From: Armatimonadota bacterium | GTDB lineage: Bacteria; Armatimonadota; Fimbriimonadia; Fimbriimonadales; GBS-DC | Direction: 5' to 3' | NCBI GenBank assembly: GCA_037444405.1 | Contig: JBBIML010000015.1 | Coordinates: 1-64,000, forward strand | Length of the DNA: 64,000 bases | Shown: one piece after another, positions 48,521 to 57,141 of the stretch | Numbering within the stretch: position 1 is the stretch's first letter | How the letters are laid out: the number at the start of each line of letters is the position of its first letter | The notes under the pieces: generated by a model | Database searches by the model: none | Told to the model about the DNA's origin: nothing | The model's input: the letters and a program-made list of their open reading frames with translations, nothing else | Translations under genes and position numbers: made by a program

Positions 48521-48946
48521 ATGTACGGTGGCGTGAACGGACAGCAGCGCTACTTGCAGACGGCGGTGGAGACGGCGCATCCCGCCCGACTGGTGGTGAT
48601 GCTCTACGATGGCGCGCTCCGCTTCCTCAACCATGCCATTGAATCCATCGAGCGGCGCGACCACGAACAGCAGAACCTTTACCTGCAGAAAGCCCAGCGC
48701 ATCCTGGGCGAGCTGATCAGCAGTCTCGATTTCGCGCAGGGCGGCGAAATCGCCGAGAACCTGTTCCAGCTCTACACCTATCTCTACAACCAGCTGGTGC
48801 AGGCGAACCTGAACGACGACGCGGCAAAGGTGCGCCACGCGATCGCCCTGCTGAGCGAGCTACGCGAGGCGTGGGACACCATCGCGAGCCAGGTGGAAGC
48901 CCCACTCCAGACCTGTGCGCCAGGGAAGGTGCATCTGCATGGCTAA
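48521..48946 (+). CDS. fliS: Flagellar chaperone FliS
   Basis: VETA.P.RLVVMLYDGA, KAQRIL.EL..SLD, LFQLY.Y, ELREAW. Confidence 0.95.
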   Translation: MYGGVNGQQRYLQTAVETAHPARLVVMLYDGALRFLNHAIESIERRDHEQQNLYLQKAQRILGELISSLDFAQGGEIAENLFQLYTYLYNQLVQANLNDDAAKVRHAIALLSELREAWDTIASQVEAPLQTCAPGKVHLHG

Positions 48947-49277
48947 GAGCCTGATTGAGACCCTGCTGGACGACTTCTGGCTGTTGAGCCTGTCGCTGGA
49001 GCAGGCACTGCAGGAGGACGACTGGGATCAGGTGGTGGGGCTGCTCCAGCGTCGGGAGGAGGTGCTGCGCACGCTGGAGTGCCTGGAGCCAGACCCGGCG
49101 TGGCTGCCCAAACTGCGCCGCGCCCTCGAAGTCGACCACCGCTGCCAGCAACTCATTCAGCGCAAGCAGCGCGCCCTGCTGCTCGAGCTCGAAGAGGAGA
49201 GCCAGCAACGCCGCTGCAGCGAGCATTACCGCCCCAACCCCTGCGAACCACCTACCCGCTTCGAGCAGGAGGGTTGA
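48939..49277 (+). CDS. FliT-like flagellar protein
   Basis: Small helical protein directly after fliS, 'EDDWDQVVGLLQRRE'. Confidence 0.6.
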   Translation: MAKSLIETLLDDFWLLSLSLEQALQEDDWDQVVGLLQRREEVLRTLECLEPDPAWLPKLRRALEVDHRCQQLIQRKQRALLLELEEESQQRRCSEHYRPNPCEPPTRFEQEG

Positions 49278-49289
49278 GTACAGGGTCGG

Positions 49290-49431
49290 GGCGCTTTCCA
49301 GGCGATACTGTCCCTGCGCGTTGATGCGCAAAAAACGGATGCCAGCCCAGTGCCACAATCCGCTCAAACCGCCACGGGGCGTACAGCCCCCGATCGCCAC
49401 ACACCAGCACCGTCCAGTCGGCTGGAATGCT
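49290..49431 (-). pseudogene. Frameshifted DDE transposase fragment (IS4-superfamily-like)
   Basis: Minus strand reads SIPADWTVLVCGDRGLYAPWRFERIVALGWHPF, then after a frameshift in a T6 run, LRINAQGQYR. This resembles the second catalytic Asp (ADRG) region. Confidence 0.65.
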
Positions 49432-49454
49432 CCCGTTGGGGGGCTAATAAAGGG

Positions 49455-52259
49455 TCAGGCGTCGGGGTCGGTGAGGGCGAGGTCAGACAGTGGGTCGGCG
49501 GTGCGGGTCAGGATGGTGCTGGCGCGTGTGCGCTCGTCGCGCACCACATAGAGCGTGCGGTCCGCCGCCTCGTTGATCTCCTCAATATGCGAAATGATGA
49601 GAATCTGTTCGAACCAGTCGCGCAGGTTGTTGAGCAGCATCAGCACATTCTGGCGGCGGTCGGTGTCCAGTGAGCCGAACACCTCGTCCAGAATCAGCAG
49701 GGAGAGGGGCTGACCCGCGCGCTCGGTGATGAGCCGCGCGAGCGCGAGGCGCATGCAGAGGTTCACGATGTCCTGCTCGCCTCCGGAGATGACCGCCTTG
49801 CGCATGCCATCGTCCATCAGGTGGAAGCGGTACTCCTCGTCCAGCTCCAGCTGGGTGTAGCGCCCGCCCGTGAGGTGGGTGAGGAACTCGGTGGCGTAGC
49901 TGGCGAGCATCGGGCGCAGCCGCTGGTTCAGCTCGGTGCGGAACGCCTGCATCGCCTTGCGCACCGTTTCATAAAGCAGCTGCTCCCCGCGTCGGCGCTT
50001 CAACAGCTCCTCGCGTTCCTGAATCTGCTGGAGTTGCTGTTCGAGCATCTGCAGGTGCTGTTGATGGCTCTGTCGGGTCGCCTGCAGGGAGGCGAGCTGG
50101 TTCTCCAGCTCACGCAGTTGCGCTTCAGCGCTGGCACACCGTTCCAGGGCTTGCTCGTACGCTCCGGGTGAGAAGGCGAGCGCCTGCAGCTCCTGCTGGG
50201 TTCGTTCAAGCTGAGCCTGCACCTCTTCTTGCTCACGCCGGGCTTGCTCGATCTGTTCGCGCGTGGGTGCTTCCTCTTTGAGGATGGTGTTGAGCTGGAT
50301 GGCTTCTTCATAGAGGGGCTGGAGCTGCTCGGCTTCGGTGCGCAGGGTTTCGTGTTCGATGGGATTGTAGCCTTCGGGCAGGCTGGCAAGCTGCTGCTGA
50401 AGTTTGCGGAGTTCGTCCTGACGCCCTTCCAGCTCGTTCTGGAGGCGGGGTTGCTCTTTGAGCTGGATGCTCAGCTCGTTCGCCAGTTCCAGCTGGGGCT
50501 GGAGCTGCTGGAGTTGCTCGTTGAGAGCCTGCTCGCGCTGGGGGTCATAGAGCGGGATGGCTTCAATTCGGCGCTGCAATTCACGGCACTGACGCTGGAG
50601 GGTGGGCTGTTCGGCGAGCTCGGCTTGAATCTGGTCGTGGCGGGCGCGCAGTTCGGCAAGCTGCTGTTGAAGCGAATCGCGCTCTGCCATCACCTGCTGG
50701 AGCTGCGCCCGATACGCCTGGAGCAGCTCTGGCTCCTGCTCCAGCGACTGGCACCGGGCGAGCTGGCACTGATAGGCGTCCTGCTCGCTTCGCAGGTGTT
50801 GCTCCAGCTCGTGGCAGATGCGCTGGTAGGCGTCGCCGAGCGGTTGACCGCAGGTGGGGCATTCGCTCGCCTCGCCGAGCGCGTGCAGCTCGTCCAGCCG
50901 CTGCTGGAGTTCCTGCAGGCGAGATTGCAGCAGTTTCAGCTGTGATTCGGCGTCGGTGCGCTGCTGGCGCCACTGCTGGCTGAGCTGATCGATCTGCCGT
51001 TGCAGTTCGTCGCGTTGCGCTTCACGCTCGCTCATCTGTGATTCGAGCTGGGCAATCTGCGCCTGCAGGCTTTCGGCTTGCTGCTGGCGTTGCTGGAGGG
51101 TGTCGAGGCGGGACTGGAGGGTCGCCAGCTCGTTTTCGAGGCGAGCGCGTTCGGCGGCGCGGGCGGCTTGCTGGCGCAACGCGCTCAGCTCCGCCTGAAT
51201 CTGGTTCGCCTGCTGGATGACAGGCTCCAGTTGCTGCAGCTGGTGCGCTTTTTGCTCCAGTTGCTGCAGCTGGCTCTGGAGCCGCTCGATATGCGACAGG
51301 AGCTGTTCGATGGCGGCGGTCAGCGCGGCGCGTTGCTGTTCCGCCTGAGCCAGTTCGTTCAGTTCCTTCAGGCGCCGTTGCACCTCGCGATAGCGTTCGA
51401 GGTCGGCTCGAAGCTCCTGAAGGCGTTTTCGGGCTTGCTGAATCTGGTTCCAGCGCGTGCGCAGTTGCTCCAGCCGTTCGTCGATGCTGGTCTGCTGGTT
51501 CTGGAGCTGGCGGAGCCGGTTCTGGAGGTCGTCGTGGATATGCTTTTTGAGTTCGGCTTCGCGTCGTTGCTGGGCGAGTTGCTCGTATTCGGCGCGGGCG
51601 GTGATGAGTTGCGCTTCGATACGGGCGATGTCGCGCTCGCAGGATGCAAGCGTCTGGCGTGTCTGCTCGATCTGCTGTTGCACGAGTTCGCGGTCGCCCA
51701 GCCCCTGCTGAAGCCCTTCGATTTCCGCGCCGAGCTGCTTGGCGCGCTGGGCGATTTCGTCGATGGCTTTCGTGATGCGTTCATAGCCCAGCATGCGGCT
51801 GATTTCCTCGCGGCGGCGTTCAGGCGCGTAGCTCATGAACTCCAGCTCCTTCTGGCGGGCGCAGAAGCTGGTCTGGAACTGGTTGAGGGTCATGCCGAGC
51901 AGGTTCAGGATGGCTTCGGTGGTGGGGCGTGTGCCCCGCGCGAGCGTCTGGTGGACGCCGTTCTGAATCTGGGTCAGCACGGCGTCTTTGTCGGTACGCA
52001 CCACCTGATAGAGTCGGGCGCCGAGCTGGAAGTCGAGTCGCACCTGCACGCGCGTGCCGCCCTGCGACCACATGAAGCGTAGGGTGTCGGCGGTGCCGCG
52101 GGCGGCGTTGGCGCCGTACAGCGCCCACAGGATGGCTTCCACGAGTGTGGTCTTACCTGCGCCGTTGGCGCCCACAATCGCCGTGATGCCCGTTTCGAAC
52201 GCCACCGCCGCGCGGGCGTATTGCCGAAAGTTCTCCAGCTCCAGCTCCAGCAGTCGCAT
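49455..52259 (-). CDS. SbcC/Rad50-like SMC ATPase
   Basis: GANGAGKTT, Q-loop, long coiled coil with CPTCG zinc hook, SGGE signature, LILDE..GSLD, IISH. Confidence 0.93.
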   Translation of the reverse strand: MRLLELELENFRQYARAAVAFETGITAIVGANGAGKTTLVEAILWALYGANAARGTADTLRFMWSQGGTRVQVRLDFQLGARLYQVVRTDKDAVLTQIQNGVHQTLARGTRPTTEAILNLLGMTLNQFQTSFCARQKELEFMSYAPERRREEISRMLGYERITKAIDEIAQRAKQLGAEIEGLQQGLGDRELVQQQIEQTRQTLASCERDIARIEAQLITARAEYEQLAQQRREAELKKHIHDDLQNRLRQLQNQQTSIDERLEQLRTRWNQIQQARKRLQELRADLERYREVQRRLKELNELAQAEQQRAALTAAIEQLLSHIERLQSQLQQLEQKAHQLQQLEPVIQQANQIQAELSALRQQAARAAERARLENELATLQSRLDTLQQRQQQAESLQAQIAQLESQMSEREAQRDELQRQIDQLSQQWRQQRTDAESQLKLLQSRLQELQQRLDELHALGEASECPTCGQPLGDAYQRICHELEQHLRSEQDAYQCQLARCQSLEQEPELLQAYRAQLQQVMAERDSLQQQLAELRARHDQIQAELAEQPTLQRQCRELQRRIEAIPLYDPQREQALNEQLQQLQPQLELANELSIQLKEQPRLQNELEGRQDELRKLQQQLASLPEGYNPIEHETLRTEAEQLQPLYEEAIQLNTILKEEAPTREQIEQARREQEEVQAQLERTQQELQALAFSPGAYEQALERCASAEAQLRELENQLASLQATRQSHQQHLQMLEQQLQQIQEREELLKRRRGEQLLYETVRKAMQAFRTELNQRLRPMLASYATEFLTHLTGGRYTQLELDEEYRFHLMDDGMRKAVISGGEQDIVNLCMRLALARLITERAGQPLSLLILDEVFGSLDTDRRQNVLMLLNNLRDWFEQILIISHIEEINEAADRTLYVVRDERTRASTILTRTADPLSDLALTDPDA

Positions 52260-52265
52260 GGCGGG

Positions 52266-52904
52266 CTATTTGCGGGTTGCGGGCGGATTCGTTGGGGGCA
52301 CTCGCCCTTTCGGCGCCGGCATGGGGGCAGGTTGCGAGGGCGGAGGCTGGGCTTGCCACACAGGTTCGGGCACGATGATGGGAGTGGCAGCCGAAGGATA
52401 GATGACAAGCTCTTTGCCGTCGCGGATACCCTTGCCGACGCCCATCATCTCGAAGCTACCTGCGCCCCGAAAGCTGACCTCCGCTTCGGTGAGCGAGGCT
52501 TTCATCGAGTCGTATTTGCCCTGGATGGTGAGCATGCCCGTGCCATGAAAGACCCGGAACCGCTGGTTGATGGGTGGGTTCAGGCTGACGCCGCGCGGCA
52601 GCTGCTTGAGTTCGCGGAAGCCCTGCGCGCGGATTTCGCCCTTCAGGTCGCCGACAATCACGAAGCCGTGCCCCTTGATGGTGAGCGTGCCGTCCGCCCG
52701 TGAGAAGAACTTGATACCCGTGCCCTTGAGGGTGAAGGAACCCGTTTTGGGTGCCGGGTTGCCGGGCGCAGTTTGTTTGGGAGCGGATTGGGTGGGTTTG
52801 TTGTTCGGGGCAGGTTGCGCCGATTTGGGACGCGCCGACGGCTGCTGCGCCCCACTCAGCGCCAGCGTTAGCATCAGACCGCTCATCAGTGCCGTTGTTC
52901 GCAT
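52266..52904 (-). CDS. Secreted protein of unknown function, Pro-rich termini
   Basis: Signal peptide, beta-rich core, GGAGG RBS. Confidence 0.75.
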   Translation of the reverse strand: MRTTALMSGLMLTLALSGAQQPSARPKSAQPAPNNKPTQSAPKQTAPGNPAPKTGSFTLKGTGIKFFSRADGTLTIKGHGFVIVGDLKGEIRAQGFRELKQLPRGVSLNPPINQRFRVFHGTGMLTIQGKYDSMKASLTEAEVSFRGAGSFEMMGVGKGIRDGKELVIYPSAATPIIVPEPVWQAQPPPSQPAPMPAPKGRVPPTNPPATRK

Positions 52905-52919
52905 AATAATCCCTCCTGT

Positions 52920-53867
52920 TCATTCCTCGCCGTGCTGTGCCAGCCAGCGTTCGGCATCCAGCGCCGCCATACAGCCGGTGCCCGCGGCGGTCACCGCCTG
53001 ACGATAGACCCGATCCATCACATCGCCGCAGGCGAACACGCCCTCGACGCTGGTGTGCGTGCCGTTGCGCACCCTGATATACCCCAGTTCATCCATCTCC
53101 AGAATGCCCTGCAGAAAATCGGTGTTGGGCTTGTGTCCGATCGCAATAAACACGCCGTCGATGGGGAAGTCGTACTCTTCGCCCGTTTTGAGGTTATGCA
53201 GGCGCACGCCGACCACCTTGCCCAGATTGGGGTCATAGATGTCGCGCACGACGGTACTCCAGATGAACTCGATTTTGGGGTTGCGGAAGGCGCGCTCCTG
53301 CATGATTTTGGAGGCGCGCAGTTCGTCGCGCCGATGCACCACATAGACGCGCTCGCAGTGGTGAGTGAGGTAGAGCGCCTCTTCCATCGCCGTGTCGCCC
53401 CCGCCGACCACAATCACGCGCTTGCCGCGGAAGAAGAAGCCGTCGCAGGTGGCGCAGGCAGAGACGCCATGCCCCTTGAGCTTCTCTTCCGATTCGAGAC
53501 CGAGCCATTTGGCGGAGGCGCCCGTGGCGATAATCACCGCACGAGCGCGATACTCGTTCCCTGCATCGCTCCAGAGTCGGAACGGTCGCTGACTGAAATC
53601 GACGCGGGTGATGGTCTCGTACAGCACGCGGGTGCCGAACCGCTCTGCCTGCCGACGAAACAGCTCCATCAGTTCGGGTCCCTGAATGCCGTCGGGGAAG
53701 CCCGGATAGTTCTCGACATCGGTGGTAATCATCAGCTGTCCACCGGGCTGGATGCCCGCGAACAGCAGGGGCGATAAGTTTGCCCGCGCCGCATAGAGCG
53801 CAGCCGTGTAGCCCGCCGGTCCTGAACCGACAATAATCAGCTTCTCAACGCCTGTGGTCTCCATCAC
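52920..53867 (-). CDS. trxB: Thioredoxin reductase
   Basis: [32 protein letters not shown]. Confidence 0.97.
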   Translation of the reverse strand: MMETTGVEKLIIVGSGPAGYTAALYAARANLSPLLFAGIQPGGQLMITTDVENYPGFPDGIQGPELMELFRRQAERFGTRVLYETITRVDFSQRPFRLWSDAGNEYRARAVIIATGASAKWLGLESEEKLKGHGVSACATCDGFFFRGKRVIVVGGGDTAMEEALYLTHHCERVYVVHRRDELRASKIMQERAFRNPKIEFIWSTVVRDIYDPNLGKVVGVRLHNLKTGEEYDFPIDGVFIAIGHKPNTDFLQGILEMDELGYIRVRNGTHTSVEGVFACGDVMDRVYRQAVTAAGTGCMAALDAERWLAQHGEE

Positions 53868-53952
53868 GACCGATTTTACCTGATGGCGCGAGGGTGTCTG
53901 AAAAGCCCCAAAACCCGTAAATCTACTGGCTCGATTCGGCGGCGTTCTGATT

Positions 53953-54130
53953 TATAATGGATCGAAAAGGGCTTTCCTGACCCATCGGTCAAAAAGCCTG
54001 TCCGCTTTTGGGCATCTGCCGAGTCATTAAAAAGCGGGTGAGGGAGAGTGGCACTCTCCCTGCGGGCAGGGTTGCAGCTGAATGGGCAGGGTTGTCCCGC
54101 CCAAAACGCTCATTGAGGAGGTCTATGAGG
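53953..54130 (+). other. TATAAT promoter plus a structured 5' leader of about 170 nt
   Basis: Three adjacent stems (53970-53998, 54002-54037, 54041-54061), an 11-bp direct repeat and a fourth stem before the RBS. Confidence 0.45.
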
Positions 54131-54132
54131 CT

Positions 54133-54825
54133 ATGAAAGGCTTGAAACGGCTTACAACAGGCGCAATCCTGGCGCTGATGATGGCTGGCGTGAGCGCGCA
54201 GCCCTACAGCGTGGATGGAAACGACTGGCTCATCGATATCACGGGTAGCCTGATAGTGACGGGAACGATATCCACTACTATCGCCATTAATGTTAATGAT
54301 CAGTCGCTCACCGTCAACCAGAGCGGGAACGACTTCGACGGCAATTTCGACGACTTCTCCCTGCCACTGAGCTTCCCACCCTATTTCAGCACGACCTTGC
54401 CAGGTGGCTTTTTCACCATAGGCGGCAGCGATGGTGTGAAAGCCTATAAGTTCGAGCCAGGTCCCATCGTGATTCCAGCAGGCACCATACCAGGGATCAA
54501 CTTCGATATCCGCCTGAGAAATATCACTCTGAATGTTGCGGGTCTCATCACGGGCGTCAACCCAGCGATAACCGATTCCTGGGGCGAGCGTGTGTACGAG
54601 ATAACCGGGATACCCTCCACCGATCCCTGGTCTCAGAATCCCGACACATCCTGGGGCACGATTGCCGACATCGAGGCGCGCATTGGCACATGGATTCGAA
54701 TAGGTGAAGCCCGGTTAGATGTGGACTACTGGCAGATGTTTCGTCCCGTTCCGGAGCCGGCGAGCCTGCTGGCGCTCGGTGCCGGGCTGACCGGGCTGCT
54801 GGGTCTGCGTCGTCGAAAGCGCTGA
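54133..54825 (+). CDS. PEP-CTERM sorting-domain protein
   Basis: Signal peptide; C-terminus VPEPASLLALGAGLTGLLGLRRRKR. Confidence 0.93.
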   Translation: MKGLKRLTTGAILALMMAGVSAQPYSVDGNDWLIDITGSLIVTGTISTTIAINVNDQSLTVNQSGNDFDGNFDDFSLPLSFPPYFSTTLPGGFFTIGGSDGVKAYKFEPGPIVIPAGTIPGINFDIRLRNITLNVAGLITGVNPAITDSWGERVYEITGIPSTDPWSQNPDTSWGTIADIEARIGTWIRIGEARLDVDYWQMFRPVPEPASLLALGAGLTGLLGLRRRKR

Positions 54826-54845
54826 TGCCTCCTCTCTCTTTTCCG

Positions 54846-54885
54846 CAGGAAGCCCTCGCCTCAACAGGTGAGGGCTTCCTGTTTC
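54846..54885 (+). terminator. Rho-independent terminator-like hairpin
   Basis: CAGGAAGCCCTCGCCT-CAAC-AGGTGAGGGCTTCCTG followed by TTT. Confidence 0.75.
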
Positions 54886-54937
54886 GCACGGAAATCCCTG
54901 CCTGTACCCTCCCTCGGCAAACGGGTATTCTTCAAAG

Positions 54938-55438
54938 ATGAGTCAGCTGGAGATTCGGTGGCTGGAGCCGTCCAGCGTGCTGATTGAGCGCGTGCCGAAC
55001 GGTCGGCAGGTGCGCGTGCGCCTGCCCGACGGTGAGGTGCATGAAGATGTGCAGTTCGCCCGCGCCTTCCCCTTCTCCGACCCTGACCACTACATCAGCA
55101 TCCTCACGCGCGAGGGCAGAGAGATTGGCATGTTCCGTTCGCTGGAGGGGATGGCGCCCGAATCGCTCGCCATTCTGCAGGAGGAGCTGGAACGCCGCTA
55201 CTTTATCCCCATCATCCAGAAGGTCTACGCGCTTAACGAAGAGTACGGGCAGCTGCGCTGGGATGTGGAGACCGACCGCGGGCGACGCCTGTTCTATGTG
55301 CGCAACTGGCGCGACAACATCCATGAGCTATCGCCCGTGCGCTACCTGATTGTGGCGGTGGACGGCAGTCGCTATGAGATTCGCGACCTGAACGCGCTGG
55401 ACGGGCGCAGCCGCGCCTTGCTGGAGCGACTGGGCTGA
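54938..55438 (+). CDS. DUF1854 domain protein
   Basis: RAFPFSDP..YISI, EELERRYF.P.I, WDVETDRG, DG.RYEI.D. Confidence 0.85.
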   Translation: MSQLEIRWLEPSSVLIERVPNGRQVRVRLPDGEVHEDVQFARAFPFSDPDHYISILTREGREIGMFRSLEGMAPESLAILQEELERRYFIPIIQKVYALNEEYGQLRWDVETDRGRRLFYVRNWRDNIHELSPVRYLIVAVDGSRYEIRDLNALDGRSRALLERLG

Positions 55439-55444
55439 ACCCGC

Positions 55445-56446
55445 CTATCGCTTCGTCCAGATGCGCGTGTTCAGGTTCAGCTCGTCCACCACCGCCAGCG
55501 CAAACTGCAGCTCATGCAGATACCTGCCAATCGTTTCCGGCTTGAGCAAAATGCCCGTCGGCGCGAACACCGACGGCGCCTCAAAGTAATCATGTGCGGT
55601 CGGGATCGCCAGATACACCTGCGAGGCGATGAAGGCGAGCCGTATCTCGCTGCGGGTCAACTCCCGAAAGCGCATGATGCGCGCCATCAGGCTCGGTGTC
55701 AGAATATAACGCGCTTCGATCTGGTCGGTGGAGTAGACTTTGAACGCCCGCTCGAACTCCGGGTCTTCCAGCTTGACCAGCTCGCCCGGTTGCATACCGA
55801 GCTTGGCGCTCCAGCTCTGGAGCGTTTGACCCAGCCAGCCCAGCAGCTTCTCTTCGGTATCGGGCAGCACCAGCGTGACGCCGTTGAACTGTTTGTTGAA
55901 ATCGGCGATAATGAACAGCCCGCGAAACAGCGTGTGCCAGGTCGTGTAGCGGTTGCCCTTTGAGTCGTAATGCTCCACTTGATATTCGGCATGCACCTCC
56001 GACAGGCGGATGGCGGTCTGACCGACCCTGCCCTGGATCAGGTCTTCACCATGATAGCGGTCTGGCTCCCGCTGGAACAGCATGCTCTGGTTGAACTCGG
56101 CTTCGCTGATGTATTGTTCCGGCAGGTACTCGAGGTCGGGGCTGATAAACTTCACCAGCCGGCTGATTATGCGCCTCTTGAACAGTCTGGACCAGTCGCT
56201 TGTGATGGCGGCGTAGCTGGCGAGGATCACGACGAGGGCGACGCCGAGCGGGGCGAAGGCGAAGATGCCCAGTTCCGAGCTGACAAACGCCGCCAGCGCC
56301 AGGCTCAGTAGCCCGCCGATGAGGATGCTCCAGAGCGTGATTTGCCCGAAGCGTGCTGTGCGCTGCTGACGCTCCTCCTCCAGCGCGCGCAGTATCGGCT
56401 CCAGCTCGCGATAGTGCTGATCCCAATCGCCTGTGGGTGCGCTCAT
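55445..56446 (-). CDS. DUF3137 domain membrane protein
   Basis: Two TMs, GEDLI.G, FRGLF..ADFNK.F.G, KLEDPEFE..F.VY..DQIEARYILTP, LNLNTRIW. Confidence 0.88.
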   Translation of the reverse strand: MSAPTGDWDQHYRELEPILRALEEERQQRTARFGQITLWSILIGGLLSLALAAFVSSELGIFAFAPLGVALVVILASYAAITSDWSRLFKRRIISRLVKFISPDLEYLPEQYISEAEFNQSMLFQREPDRYHGEDLIQGRVGQTAIRLSEVHAEYQVEHYDSKGNRYTTWHTLFRGLFIIADFNKQFNGVTLVLPDTEEKLLGWLGQTLQSWSAKLGMQPGELVKLEDPEFERAFKVYSTDQIEARYILTPSLMARIMRFRELTRSEIRLAFIASQVYLAIPTAHDYFEAPSVFAPTGILLKPETIGRYLHELQFALAVVDELNLNTRIWTKR

Positions 56447-57027
56447 TGCTGGAACAGCTGGGCGACATCGGGCGTCGCGCGCTCGGCGGCTTCCGCTTCG
56501 AACACGGCTCGCCGCGACAGCCCCATTATCGACGCCACGAAGTTCGTCGGGAACATCTCGATGGCGTTATTGTAGTCGGTGACGGCGGCGTTATAGGCGC
56601 GGCGGGCAGCAGCGAGCTGCTCTTCGATCTCGTTCAGCGACGCCTGCAGATGCAGGAAGTTCTCGTTCGCTTTCAGGTTCGGATAGTTCTCGACGGCGAC
56701 CATCAGGCTGCGCAGGGCGCCCGACAGCGCGGCTTCGACTTGCATGCGCTCGCCTTCGGGCAAATCGGGTGAAACCGCCCGCGCCCGCAGCGCCGTGATG
56801 CGCTCCAGCAGCTCGCGCTCATGCTCCATATACTGGCGCACCGTCGCGACCAGATTGGGAATCAAGTCGTGGCGCTTTTTGAGCTGAACATCGATGCCGC
56901 TGTAGGCGTAGTCCACCTGATTCTTTTTAGCAATCAGTGAGTTGTACATCGCCATGAAAAGAATCAGCAGGAGCAGCGCGCCGCCGCCGATGCACACCAG
57001 TCCTAATATCAACCCCATCATATCCAT
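56443..57027 (-). CDS. lemA: LemA family protein
   Basis: YNSL, IDVQLKKRHDLIPNLV, ENYPNLKA, ARRAYN, FPTN. Confidence 0.95.
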   Translation of the reverse strand: MDMMGLILGLVCIGGGALLLLILFMAMYNSLIAKKNQVDYAYSGIDVQLKKRHDLIPNLVATVRQYMEHERELLERITALRARAVSPDLPEGERMQVEAALSGALRSLMVAVENYPNLKANENFLHLQASLNEIEEQLAAARRAYNAAVTDYNNAIEMFPTNFVASIMGLSRRAVFEAEAAERATPDVAQLFQQ

Positions 57028-57089
57028 CGCGTCCACAACCCCCTGAACCGCTGATAATAACAGTATACCTGCCCGAATCACCCTGAAAA

Positions 57090-57116
57090 GCAGGAATCGT
57101 CAAAGCCGTGTCGAAT
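57090..57116 (+). promoter_or_regulatory. Candidate sigma-H-type promoter of the alpha-2-macroglobulin gene
   Basis: GCAGGAATC, N11, GTCGAAT, 25 nt upstream of the ATG. Confidence 0.45.
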
Positions 57117-57141
57117 AGGGCATTACGGAGGGAGACCTGCG

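Noticed and set aside
54060..54102. c-di-GMP-I or other known riboswitch in the PEP-CTERM leader
   Set aside because: The diagnostic GCAAA/GNRA tetraloop-receptor pattern was not found, so it is kept only as an unclassified structured leader.
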